Numbered from the whole stretch's first letter, positions 1-9,773 are shown. The stretch: 63,882 bases of DNA, filler included, from an uncultured Methanosarcinales archaeon (GCA_964434475.1; 32 parts of 32 records of this genome joined end to end with filler, not necessarily neighbours in it); one strand, 5' to 3'. The notes: a model not told the origin generated them from the sequence alone. Program-made: numbers and translations.

Positions 1-2102
1 CCCAACTTGCACCAACCAATCGCTAAGTCTATGCTATTCAATAGGGTGAGGTCTTGCATGGGGCACTACAAATTTTGTTCTGGCAAGAGGCATGGATGAC
101 ATATTTAATGATCGATAGATAGTCATCGCTTCATTGGTGGGTTGCGAGCATGTTCTGATCGTTATCGTTTTGTTGTCTCTGGTTTTCTGTGATACTGTGC
201 AAACCTTCTGCGTATTCATACTAAGGACTACATTCCTCCAGTCCTTATGGATGCCTCGCTGTTTTAGCTGATAGCGTATTGGTGCCACGATATTGTATGC
301 AAGAAATCCCAGATGAAGATGGGCTTCCACGTTCTCATCACTCTGATGATAAACTGGGCGCAGATTCATGTCTGTCTTCAAACATCTAAACGTTGATTCC
401 ACTTCCCTGACCATGTTGTAGATGTCCCAAACCTCCTTTTCGTCCTGAATATCGGAGTTTGTCCTCAGATAATATTCGCCGCTCCTTTCGTTTGGCTCTA
501 TCTCTTTTTTATGCCATTTTACTTCTGTTACTATATCTTTATATGATTTTATATCTATATCATAATATTTATTTACTCTTCTGTTCCTTTCCTTGATCCT
601 GCCTATTCGCTCCCAGACTTTCTCTAACTTCTTCGTCCCATGCTTCTTCTTTACTGCTTTGCTTACTGCTTTAAGCTCCTCTTCGTATTTCTGCAGGGCT
701 CTCTCATTCATGGATATTTCTTTCTTTTCCTTACCCTCGCTCTTTACATATACCCACTTGTCTTTCTTGTCCTTTGTTTCCATGAATTTCAGCAGTATCT
801 TCTCTTCTTTTTTACTCTTTATCTCTACCATATTCTCTTTGTCAACCTTGTCATCCTTCTTGGGCTTTGATCTCGATACGGTTATGTATTGATAACCCTT
901 TTCTCTCAGTAATGTAAGATTTTCTTCTGCTGCTATTCCTGCATCCATGACCAGCATCAGCTTTTTCGTATCATCTTTATTCTCATTATTGCTAATATCT
1001 CCATTACTATTTTTATCTAATGCTTTGACAAGATCCAATACCGTCATAGGATCGCTCATATTGCCTTCATATATCCTGCTATGCTTCAAAAAACCCTGCT
1101 CGTTTATCATTGCTGCCAATACTACCTGTTTGCAGTCATTTCGCTTTTCCTTGCTCCTGCCAAACCTGGCTTTTTTGCTATTTACCTTCCTGCCCTCAAA
1201 GTATGTGTTTGTCAAATCATAAATAAATATACTGTTTTTGATATTGAACATATCCGTTAGTCTGTCATAAAAGAATACTTCCAGATCATCTTTGATCTGA
1301 TATAGCTTTCTTGATGATTTATATAGATCATGCCTGCTTATCTTGTTCACTTTTTTACCGAACAGTTCAATAAGACCGCTATTGCTTGCCAGCCACTTCT
1401 CTGTCCTGTGCTCTGAATGGCTGAATACTGCCCGGCTTATGATTGCAATATATGCGTGATCTATGTCTATATCTTTCCAGCCCTTTTTCCTTAGAAAATC
1501 CTGAAGCCCTATCCTGTCTAACATCTTCTTACTTATTGATTCGCTTCCTATCTCACGGCAATCTATAACTTTCGTTGATTCGGTATCTACCGTCTCAAAC
1601 CTGTCTTCATATTCCTTCTTTTCCTGCTCTAATTCTTCTTTGCTCCTGTTTTTATACAGATACTTCTGATAATATTCATCTGCCAGAACCATAAGCTCAC
1701 GGGGAGCGTTTATCATTTCATCGGAGATAGCAACGTTGCCATTGATCTTGTTTTCTATCAGGTTAGCAAGAATATCACGGTTTTGTTTTTCTTCCAGCAG
1801 TTTATTGCATCCGAGATAGAGGATATACTTCTGTTTTGTCTTTTTGCCAACGCGGTAATTAGATATCAGGTTATACTGGGTAAATCTTTTCCCTGTTTTA
1901 GAATTCTTTTTATGTGATTCTCTTATAAACATACCGCAATATACGAAAAAGGCAATTACAATGCAAATATAAAATATACCATACCTCACCACAATCAACG
2001 ATTCAAAATATCGCTTCTATATATTTCAATGACTTAGCTCGACAACACCCTTAAAATTATCCCATATTTACCCTTTTTTGGTGCGTGGAGCTGCAAGTTG
2101 GG
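1..2102 (-). mobile_element. IS1634-family insertion sequence
   Basis: Terminal inverted repeat CCCAACTTGCA at 1-11 and its reverse complement at 2092-2102 enclose the transposase. Confidence 0.88.
34..1932 (-). CDS. IS1634-family DDE transposase
   Basis: Motifs YDLTNTYFEG, GRSKEKRNDCKQV, VMDAG and EVESTFRCLKTDMNLRPVYH. Likely start is ATG 1932 (MFIRES...). Confidence 0.92.
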   Translation of the reverse strand: MFIRESHKKNSKTGKRFTQYNLISNYRVGKKTKQKYILYLGCNKLLEEKQNRDILANLIENKINGNVAISDEMINAPRELMVLADEYYQKYLYKNRSKEELEQEKKEYEDRFETVDTESTKVIDCREIGSESISKKMLDRIGLQDFLRKKGWKDIDIDHAYIAIISRAVFSHSEHRTEKWLASNSGLIELFGKKVNKISRHDLYKSSRKLYQIKDDLEVFFYDRLTDMFNIKNSIFIYDLTNTYFEGRKVNSKKARFGRSKEKRNDCKQVVLAAMINEQGFLKHSRIYEGNMSDPMTVLDLVKALDKNSNGDISNNENKDDTKKLMLVMDAGIAAEENLTLLREKGYQYITVSRSKPKKDDKVDKENMVEIKSKKEEKILLKFMETKDKKDKWVYVKSEGKEKKEISMNERALQKYEEELKAVSKAVKKKHGTKKLEKVWERIGRIKERNRRVNKYYDIDIKSYKDIVTEVKWHKKEIEPNERSGEYYLRTNSDIQDEKEVWDIYNMVREVESTFRCLKTDMNLRPVYHQSDENVEAHLHLGFLAYNIVAPIRYQLKQRGIHKDWRNVVLSMNTQKVCTVSQKTRDNKTITIRTCSQPTNEAMTIYRSLNMSSMPLARTKFVVPHARPHPIE

Positions 2103-2324
2103 TTAAAACTTCCGAAGGCACTTTGAAATCGGTTTGTGGCAAAGTCTGAGATTTAATGACATTCAAAACCGAAACAGAATGCAAAGCTGATCCTACGCCA
2201 TGTCCGGAAACATCAAGCAGATATATTGCAAAATGCTTTTCATCTATCCAATGATAACCAAAGGAATCGCCGCCTATCTGGGAACTTGGTATGTAACTCC
2301 AGTTGGTCTCTATATAATCAGTTT
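2103..2324 (-). pseudogene. PP2C/SpoIIE (RsbU-like) phosphatase fragment interrupted by the IS1634
   Basis: Manual translation gives YIPSSQIGGDSFGYHW...YLLDVSGHGVGSAL...PSEVL, which runs directly into the IS inverted repeat. Confidence 0.8.
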
Positions 2325-2424
2325 NNNNNNNNNNNNNNNNNNNNNNNNNNNNNNNNNNNNNNNNNNNNTTAATTAATTAANNNNNNNNNNNNNNNNNNNN
2401 NNNNNNNNNNNNNNNNNNNNNNNN
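2325..2424. other. Artificial contig linker (N44-TTAATTAATTAA-N44), the first of 31 such joins
   Basis: The same six-frame-stop 12-mer embedded in Ns recurs every 1.6-2.3 kb, and base composition changes abruptly across many of them. Confidence 0.99.
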
Positions 2425-2846
2425 ATATGTCTGATTTGATTTTTATGGGTAGAAACGATATAGATTTTAGACTCACTGACGAAAATTTATATCTTAACTT
2501 GCCGCCAACTTTGTCTGATACCTTACGCCAATTGTGCGTATTTTTAACACTAAACTATATTTGGCAAGAGTTTTCTAATACTGAGGATGTAATACCAAAT
2601 GATGACAATATTATACCATTACGATATATTGTTGTTATTGATGAAGCACATATTTATTTTAAGAATAGAAAAGCAAGAATAATGCTTGAAAACTTATTAA
2701 GAACAATGAATTCTAAAGGTGTTGTGATTATTTTATTATCTCAAGGTATTGAAGATTATCGTTCTCCCGATTTTGATTTTTCCTCACAAATTCAGTTAGC
2801 AATAAATCTGAATATAAGGAATAAAGATTTTAAACTTATTACCTAA
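2425..2846 (+). CDS. HerA/FtsK-like ATPase C-terminal fragment (DptH/DndH-like), ending at the IS1380 junction
   Basis: Walker B IVVIDEAH and SKGVVIILLSQ motif. The stop codon lies inside the IS end. Confidence 0.6.
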
Positions 2847-4464
2847 ATCTCCAGAGTAAAAAATAGGAAAAGTGAATATAAAGTGTTATATTGTAGTTAT
2901 TTACAAAACAAAATCTAACACAAAATAATTCACCTTTCCGATGAAGAAATATAACAAAAAAAACAGAGCAAAACAAATAGTAAAAGCAGAATTTACGGCA
3001 GGAACGCTAACAAATTTCTCAGGGCTTAATGTCATTCATAATTTTGTAGAGAAAATAGATGTTAGAAAGCTATTGAATAATATCAGCATTGATACACACT
3101 ATAATATAAAATATGAGACAGGTGATATTCTGTCAATACTCGTTGAGGGTATATCATGCGGAATGAACAGATTGAGCAAAATAGAAAACTTTACTCTTGA
3201 CCCACTGGTACAAAAGCTATACGGACTGTCTGATAAGCTAAGTGATGCAACAATATCAGATCGTTTGAAAAGATGCACGATGAAACAGACATCAGAATAT
3301 ATGGACGTTATAGGTAAATTATCTGGTAAAGTGCATAACAAATTACAGACGAAATCAGATATATTAGACCTTGATTCATCGGTCAGCATAGTATATGGCA
3401 ATCAGGAAGGAGCAGCGAAAGGATACAACAATAAAAAAAAGGGCGCAAAAAGTTACCACCCATTATTTGGATTCTTAAACAGCACGAGAGAGTGTCTTTT
3501 GAGCTGGCTGCGTCCCGGAGATACATATACATCCAATGGAGCATCAGAATTCATCAGACAGGCATTTTCATTGATGCCGAAAAAGATAAGCAATCTTATG
3601 GTGAGAGCCGACAGCGGATTTTTCAGCGATAAGATCATAAGTGCAATAGAGCAAAGAAAAAACACTAAATATCTTATAAAAATAAAACTAAAAAATATGA
3701 CAGAAGTGCTTGTCTGTCAGAAATGGTATAGCGTTCCGGGAATGCCGAATATCCAGATATGCGATTTTGAATATCGACCAAAAACATGGAAGAAATCAAG
3801 ACATTTCTCAGCAGTAAGAATTTTGAAAAACGAAATAAAAGATGGAGTTCTCTTCACTCAAAAAGAATGGGAATATTTCTGTTACTGCACAAATATCGTT
3901 GACAATCCATTGCAGATACACAGGATATACGGCGATAGAGGAACGAGTGAGAATTGGATAGAGAACGTAAAAAAGCAGATGTTTGCCGGACAGCTTGTTA
4001 CCAATGATTTCTGGGCAAACGAAATGTTATGGCTTTCTAGCGTTATGGCATACAACATCAGCGTATGGATGCGTAAGCTCACCGACGATAAGACCTGGCA
4101 TGAAGAGCCGGCAACGTTTCGTGCTTGGTTTGTTCAACTTGCCGGAAAGGTTGCAAAAACCGGAAGGCAAACGCTTTTGAAGATGTACAAAGCGTATTAT
4201 TACAAAGACAGGTGGCGAAGAATTGATGAAGCAGTTGATATGCTGTGCTTCTAAATTATCGTAAACTATAAAATAATAATCACTAAACCTATAATACAAT
4301 GGATAGCTATGCCTTGATTATAACAAAATGGCAGTTTTCTCACATAATTCTTTGTTTTTCCTAGAAAAAAATAACATATATTCAATAATTCACACTTGAT
4401 GCTTGTTAATATGAGATATTCCTTGTATATTTTGTGAGTTTAATGGTTACTTTAGGAATTTAGG
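2842..4464 (+). mobile_element. IS1380-family insertion sequence
   Basis: Imperfect IRs CCTAAATCTCCAGAGTAA and CCTAAATTCCTAAAGTAA (14/18 identical), with TTA on both flanks. Confidence 0.8.
2941..4254 (+). CDS. IS1380-family transposase
   Basis: Motifs ILDLDSS, YGNQEGAAKGYN, SYHPL, LRPG, VRADSGF and YGDRGTSENWIENVK. Confidence 0.93.
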   Translation: MKKYNKKNRAKQIVKAEFTAGTLTNFSGLNVIHNFVEKIDVRKLLNNISIDTHYNIKYETGDILSILVEGISCGMNRLSKIENFTLDPLVQKLYGLSDKLSDATISDRLKRCTMKQTSEYMDVIGKLSGKVHNKLQTKSDILDLDSSVSIVYGNQEGAAKGYNNKKKGAKSYHPLFGFLNSTRECLLSWLRPGDTYTSNGASEFIRQAFSLMPKKISNLMVRADSGFFSDKIISAIEQRKNTKYLIKIKLKNMTEVLVCQKWYSVPGMPNIQICDFEYRPKTWKKSRHFSAVRILKNEIKDGVLFTQKEWEYFCYCTNIVDNPLQIHRIYGDRGTSENWIENVKKQMFAGQLVTNDFWANEMLWLSSVMAYNISVWMRKLTDDKTWHEEPATFRAWFVQLAGKVAKTGRQTLLKMYKAYYYKDRWRRIDEAVDMLCF

Positions 4465-4897
4465 TTATAGAATAAATCTCAAGAAGCATATACGAGCATG
4501 ATGGTCGAGAAATAATAGAATCACAATTTTTTTCAAAAAGTATATTTTTTCTATCCAAAATTGTCTTGTGTTTATTTTGCAATGGTCTTGATATATCAAG
4601 GTATGGGATACTGAGACGAAGGAATTGGTCTTTAATAAAAAGCATGATTCAGAGTCAGAAAAAACGACTCGTTGTAGNNNNNNNNNNNNNNNNNNNNNNN
4701 NNNNNNNNNNNNNNNNNNNNNTTAATTAATTAANNNNNNNNNNNNNNNNNNNNNNNNNNNNNNNNNNNNNNNNNNNNTGTTCAACTACCTAATTTTTTCG
4801 GTTTTTAGAAAAATCTGCACAACTCCAGTAAAGAATCTATTTTGGATTCGTTAAGCGGGCACTTCCTTTTCTCTAAATAAGCTTGGGGGCAAATTGA

Positions 4898-5072
4898 GCA
4901 TAACATCGCAACTATACGAAGTTTCAAGGGTGTCGAAAAGGCTTGGACTTACCTGAGACTCATCGGAGGTTAGGGTGGAAACGAAGTTTCAGGATGAAAT
5001 TTGGGAGAGGAACGAATTTTGCTTGGCAAAATAGCGAAGCGGTCGTTCCGAACTGCATATTTGCTGTTAGGC
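4898..5072 (-). other. attC-like recombination site
   Basis: On the minus strand it runs GCCTAAC (RYYYAAC) to GTTATGC, with imperfectly complementary outer arms that leave unpaired bases. Confidence 0.55.
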
Positions 5073-5219
5073 GTAGGCGGACTTTGATGTCCGACGGAGT
5101 TTTTGTCCCACCAAAAGGAAGCGACTACCCGTAAGGGTTGTGCTGACTGTATTTTTATTCTCGGTGTAGTTTTGGATTTAATATATAATTATCAATCGCT
5201 AAGCTACGCTTAGACTATT

Positions 5220-6254
5220 TTATTTCTCGGGGGCTAGTCTATTAGTACTATTTTTTTTTATTTTCTCTATAGTTCGTTGATTATACATTTTACCCCTATT
5301 ACTCATCAATAGAATATCTTTAGGTTGTTTATCACCCATATATTCTTTAAAGGAATTGATTAAATGTCCTGGGATTAACAGCATTTTTCGTTTATTGCCT
5401 TTCCATTTAGCAATCTCTAGTATTTGTTCTTCAATCCTAACATCTTTTAGTTTTATATTTCTAATTTCTCGGGGGCTTAAGTTCATATCAAATAATAATT
5501 GAAGAATAAATCTGTGTTTATTGTTATCTGTTAATCCAATTGCTTTACTTTTATCAATTTCTGGCTTTTTTTCAGCTTTTTCTTTATTGAATGTAAACCA
5601 TCTTTCATCAGTTCTGATCTTCCTTATCTTGTTTTTTATAATAGGTTTAGTTTCTATTAATGATTTATTGTCTCTTATATTTTGTCTTGCATCTCTTATT
5701 GCTCTTATTGACGTTGGTCTTATGTTTAAGAGATATTCTTCTTAATTTTGTATCCAGTTTAGGGCATTGTCAAGAAATCCACAGAAAATGGATTTATCTT
5801 TTTGGTAATATCCTAATGGAATTCTTATCTTTTGTTTTCCTGCATAAAGTTCTGCTGAATGATAGATGAATTGTTTTATTAATCTTTCAATGCTGTCTCT
5901 TTTTATTGGTTCTTCAAAGAAAATCCATAAGTGATAACCTCTTCCAGATTGTTCAATATGAGAATCAATGTTTACTTTGTTTAGGTTTTCTTTTGTTTTT
6001 AGCAGATTTTCTTGGATATCTTCTATTGGCTCATTATTGTGAGCATCATAATCTATTGCTAGCCATTTTACAGTTCCATCTGGTTTTTGTGGCTGTAAGC
6101 CAATTGTGATTTTTCTTTCTAAGTGTTTTTGGATTAAGTCTTTGGTTACTTCTTTGTTTTCAGTTAGCCATGTTCTTCCATTGTGGATTATGTAAAGAGA
6201 ATTGTTGTAGAGTAAGAGTTTGCAGTATTTTTGTATGGCCTGTTTTGATAGCAT
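5220..6254 (-). pseudogene. AEP (TOTE-type) primase domain fused to a degenerate tyrosine-recombinase-like domain, split by one in-frame TAA at 5742-5744
   Basis: AEP motifs WLAIDYD and EQSGRGYHLWIFF. The same frame stays open after the TAA into KHRFILQLLFDMNLSPREIRNIKLKDV...KGNKRK, which resembles a Xer catalytic domain. Confidence 0.7.
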
Positions 6255-6275
6255 ATAATCTTGATTATACTCGAT

Positions 6276-6289
6276 ATATTTATAAATAT
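6276..6289. promoter_or_regulatory. Palindromic archaeal-type TATA box between divergent genes
   Basis: ATATTTATAAATAT is self-complementary and sits about 20-25 bp upstream of both ATG 6254 (-) and ATG 6311 (+). Confidence 0.5.
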
Positions 6290-6310
6290 CTTTAATATTC
6301 AATAACCATT

Positions 6311-6757
6311 ATGACTCAAAAGGAAACAGATGCAAGGATAATTATAGATAGAAAGTTAAAAGAAGTTGGATGGGATATTGAAAATAAAAGACAGGTCGAT
6401 ACTGAAAAGGCTACTACTGATGGTAGGGCAGACTATGTTTTAAAAGATTCAAGAGGAAGACCTCTTGCCGTTATTGAAGCAAAGAAATTTTCGATTGAAC
6501 CATCTACAGCAAAAAGTCAGGCAGAGAATTACGCTAAAGAATTAGGTGTAGATTTTATTTTCTTAAGTAATGGTGAAATTATCTATTTTTGGGATTATAA
6601 TTTTGCTCCTGAAAGATTGATAGATGCATTTTTCAGTAGAGCTGATCTTGTTATCAAAAATGAAAACATAAAACAAAAACAATCAAAATCAAAAGAAAAA
6701 ATAGATCATGTTTTTGATGCTTTGATGTATAGGGCTTTTAATGGGGGATTAGCATGA
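6311..6757 (+). pseudogene. hsdR: Type I R-M remnant: HsdR N-terminal nuclease domain joined to an HsdS-like C-terminal tail
   Basis: ETDARIIIDRKLKEVGW, GRADYVL, AVIEAKK and FLSNG are HsdR N-terminal motifs. The end [17 protein letters not shown] resembles HsdS C-termini. Confidence 0.7.
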
Positions 6758-7017
6758 AAATAGGTAGAAATGCTCTGTGTCCGTGCGGTTCTGGAAAAAA
6801 ATATAAGAAATGCTGCTTAGGCAAAGAGAAATCTGAGACCAATCCAAAAGAAGATGTTTTTTTAACTGAGCCTATACCAGATTATGGTGTTCCAAAAATT
6901 AAAGATGATTTTTTTGATGATAAGTTTCCTAAGATGCCTACAGCTGCTGCACTTCAGCATTTTATGATGTCTCAGAAAGGAATTGATAATTTAATAGGTG
7001 AAATAGTGAATAAGATT
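6754..7017 (+). CDS. SEC-C metal-binding domain protein (3' truncated)
   Basis: [20 protein letters not shown] motif. Confidence 0.85.
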
Positions 7018-7131
7018 NNNNNNNNNNNNNNNNNNNNNNNNNNNNNNNNNNNNNNNNNNNNTTAATTAATTAANNNNNNNNNNNNNNNNNNNNNNNNNNN
7101 NNNNNNNNNNNNNNNNNCCTCAAAGGTCTAA

Positions 7132-7166
7132 TAAACCTCAAAGGTTTTAAAAACCTTTGAGGTTTA
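7132..7166. repeat. REP-like perfect palindrome upstream of cas1
   Basis: TAAACCTCAAAGGTTTT-A-AAAACCTTTGAGGTTTA, with a partial extra copy at 7118-7127. Confidence 0.7.
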
Positions 7167-7194
7167 AGGAACGAAGCTTAAAAACGAGTTTATC

Positions 7195-8283
7195 ATGAAA
7201 CGTCCCTATTACATTTTCAGCATCGGCCGCATCCGCCGACAGCAGAACACCCTGTTCTTTGAAAAAGCCGCGGATGCCGAGGCCGAGGAACCAGTGCAGG
7301 TCGAGCCGGAAGACGAGGTATTGGTGGACAATGCCGATTTTGAAGCCGAACGCGACGAGCGCGAGCGCGTCCAGAAACGCGTCATCCCCATCGAGGATAT
7401 CGAATCGCTCTACTGTTTTGGTGAAATTACTCTCAATTCCAAACTGCTTAATTTTCTGGCACAGCAGCGCATCCCGGCGCATTTTTTCAACTATTACGGC
7501 TTTTACAACGGCAGCTTTGTGCCGCGCGATTATCTCCTCAGCGGCGAGGTGCTGGTTAAACAGGTCCAGTTTTACACCGACACGGACAAACGTTTGCCCC
7601 TGGCCAAGGAAATGATTTTGGGCGGCGTGGACAATATGCTCAAAAACCTGCATTATTACCAAAACCGCGGCCGCGAGCTGAACGAGCCCATCCGCATCAT
7701 GCAACACGAACAACGCACCATCCAAAACGCCCGATCGATCAACGAGCTGATGACCGCCGAGGGCCGGCTGCGCGGCGGTTACTTTTCCGCGTGGGATACC
7801 ATCATTGACGCCGATTTCAAGTTCGAGCAGCGCAGCCGCCGTCCCCCTAAGAATGCTGTCAATGCTCTTATTTCTTTTGGCAACAGCATGCTGTACACCG
7901 CTGTCCTCGGCGAGGTCTACCACACTCAACTCAACCCGACCATCAGCTACCTGCACGAGCCCGGCGCCCGGCGTTACTCGCTCTGTCTCGATCTCGCCGA
8001 AATTTTCAAACCCACCCTGGTGGACCGGATGATTTTNNNNNNNNNNAACCAGGGCCAAATCAAAAAAAATCATTTTGAGGAAAAACTGAATTTTTGCTAT
8101 TTAAACGAGGCGGGACGTAAAATCGTGGTGCAGGCCTGGGACGAACGGCTGAAAACCACCATCAAACACCGGCGGCTGAATCGGAATGTTTCGTACCGCC
8201 GGCTGCTGCGCCTGGAAGCCTATAAACTCATCAAACACATCACCGCGGACAAGGTGTACAAAGCCTTTCGCATGTGGTGGTAA
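7195..8283 (+). CDS. cas1: CRISPR-associated endonuclease Cas1, type I-B
   Basis: YYIFSIGRIRRQQNTLFFE, FFNYYGFYNGSF, RRPPKNAVNALISFGN, LDLAEIFKP and a C-terminal MWW. There is a 10-N gap at 8037-8046. Confidence 0.96.
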   Translation: MKRPYYIFSIGRIRRQQNTLFFEKAADAEAEEPVQVEPEDEVLVDNADFEAERDERERVQKRVIPIEDIESLYCFGEITLNSKLLNFLAQQRIPAHFFNYYGFYNGSFVPRDYLLSGEVLVKQVQFYTDTDKRLPLAKEMILGGVDNMLKNLHYYQNRGRELNEPIRIMQHEQRTIQNARSINELMTAEGRLRGGYFSAWDTIIDADFKFEQRSRRPPKNAVNALISFGNSMLYTAVLGEVYHTQLNPTISYLHEPGARRYSLCLDLAEIFKPTLVDRMIXXXXNQGQIKKNHFEEKLNFCYLNEAGRKIVVQAWDERLKTTIKHRRLNRNVSYRRLLRLEAYKLIKHITADKVYKAFRMWW

Positions 8284-8292
8284 GGGGGCTGT

Positions 8293-8556
8293 ATGTACAT
8301 TTTACTGGTTTATGATGTGGAGGAAAAACGCGTCGCCAAGGCTCTGAAAACCTGCCGGGCCTATCTGCACTGGGTGCAAAACAGCGTCTTTGAGGGCGAA
8401 TTGACCGAAGGCCAATTGAAAGAATTTCTCGCGAAACTGAAAAAAGTCATTAGCGTGAAAAAGGATTCCGTCCTCCTTTACAAAATGTCGTCGGATTCCG
8501 CCTTTGAAAAGCAAATCATCGGCCAGGAAAAGGCGCCGACCGACAGTTTCATCTAG
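8293..8556 (+). CDS. cas2: CRISPR-associated endonuclease Cas2
   Basis: MYILLVYDV...VQNSVFEGEL, directly after cas1. Confidence 0.96.
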   Translation: MYILLVYDVEEKRVAKALKTCRAYLHWVQNSVFEGELTEGQLKEFLAKLKKVISVKKDSVLLYKMSSDSAFEKQIIGQEKAPTDSFI

Positions 8557-8655
8557 TCGTCGTGCCCCCGGGGATTATGCATGACCGCCCCTCGACGGAT
8601 TTTTCGCTTGCAAAATAGGCTCTAAAAGCCTATTTTTTAGCCGTATTTGCGCGGT
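8557..8655 (+). promoter_or_regulatory. CRISPR leader
   Basis: Non-coding 99 bp between cas2 and repeat 1, starting with a GTCGTCG...TCGACG motif and containing an AT-rich inverted repeat. Confidence 0.65.
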
Positions 8656-9318
8656 GCCTTAATCGAACCAATGTGGGATTGAAACAACTTATTAGAGGAA
8701 GGCGATATGACAAAGAAAACCAGCCTTAATCGAACCAATGTGGGATTGAAACAACTTTTTGGGAGTCCATCACACATCACTTCTTAACTGGCCTTAATCG
8801 AACCAATGTGGGATTGAAACACGGACAGTACGACGTTTTTACTGGTTGATTGGTTGGCCTTAATCGAACCAATGTGGGATTGAAACACAAGCCGTCCACC
8901 CTTTGTCAGTTTTTTGCTTTTTGCCTTAATCGAACCAATGTGGGATTGAAACAAAATCCTAATGATTGAGTGATGTTTTGTATTGTAAAGCCTTAATCGA
9001 ACCAATGTGGGATTGAAACGAACTTTACGACGAAGCCCAAGCAAAAGGCACTACGGCCTTAATCGAACCAATGTGGGATTGAAACATCAAAGCTTGCAGT
9101 CTTATCGGTTGACGCTTCTCGCCTTAATCGAACCAATGTGGGATTGAAACAGAGATGCCAAAAGTCCCGAAATGGATGGGCGCTGCCTTAATCGAACCAA
9201 TGTGGGATTGAAACAGGTTTAATCGTTGAGCATCCTTAAAATATTCACTCGCCTTAATCGAACCAATGTGGGATTGAAACCAAATACATCTGATCTGAGG
9301 TCGCTGTTGGGCCTGGAG
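8656..9318 (+). CRISPR. CRISPR array: 10 identical 30-bp repeats GCCTTAATCGAACCAATGTGGGATTGAAAC, 9 complete spacers (34-38 bp) and one spacer cut by the contig end
   Basis: Repeats start at 8656, 8723, 8791, 8857, 8923, 8990, 9056, 9121, 9185 and 9251. The 3' ATTGAAAC handle fits type I-B. Confidence 0.99.
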
Positions 9319-9548
9319 NNNNNNNNNNNNNNNNNNNNNNNNNNNNNNNNNNNNNNNNNNNNTTAATTAATTAANNNNNNNNNNNNNNNNNNNNNNNNNN
9401 NNNNNNNNNNNNNNNNNNCTTGACTCCTTCCTTCTTATTCCTGGAAGGGGCGAATGTCTTTGACTTATCTTCCTTCATCCGGGCCCTCAAGTCGCGTCGT
9501 TCAAATAGGGTTCGGTCAGCACACGGCCGCCTTCTAATTTCAAGCCGA

Positions 9549-9773
9549 TCAACCAAAACCGGCTGAAGATCCGCAAACGCCTGAAACGGAGCTTCCCCGA
9601 TTTCCTCCGGCTGATCCACACGCAAACGAAGACAAAACACGTCTTGCATTTCCCTTCCCACATGCCGGACAAATCACCTTTTCGTACTTATCTGAAGAAA
9701 AAACAATACGTTCAAAAACCTCTTCGCATTCATCACACTTATACTCGTAGATGGGCATGGCTATCACCTCCAT
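9549..9773 (-). CDS. FmdB-family zinc-ribbon protein
   Basis: MPIYEYKCDEC...CPACG...RVLSSF. Confidence 0.88.
   Translation of the reverse strand: MEVIAMPIYEYKCDECEEVFERIVFSSDKYEKVICPACGKGNARRVLSSFACGSAGGNRGSSVSGVCGSSAGFG

Noticed and set aside
5742..5744. Alternative genetic code or programmed readthrough explaining the in-frame TAA
   Set aside because: TAA also ends the same gene at 5220, and TAA reassignment is not established in prokaryotes. A nonsense mutation or base error is simpler.
8784..9044. 86-aa ORF with repeated FQSHIGSIKA
   Set aside because: It is a translation of the CRISPR repeats.
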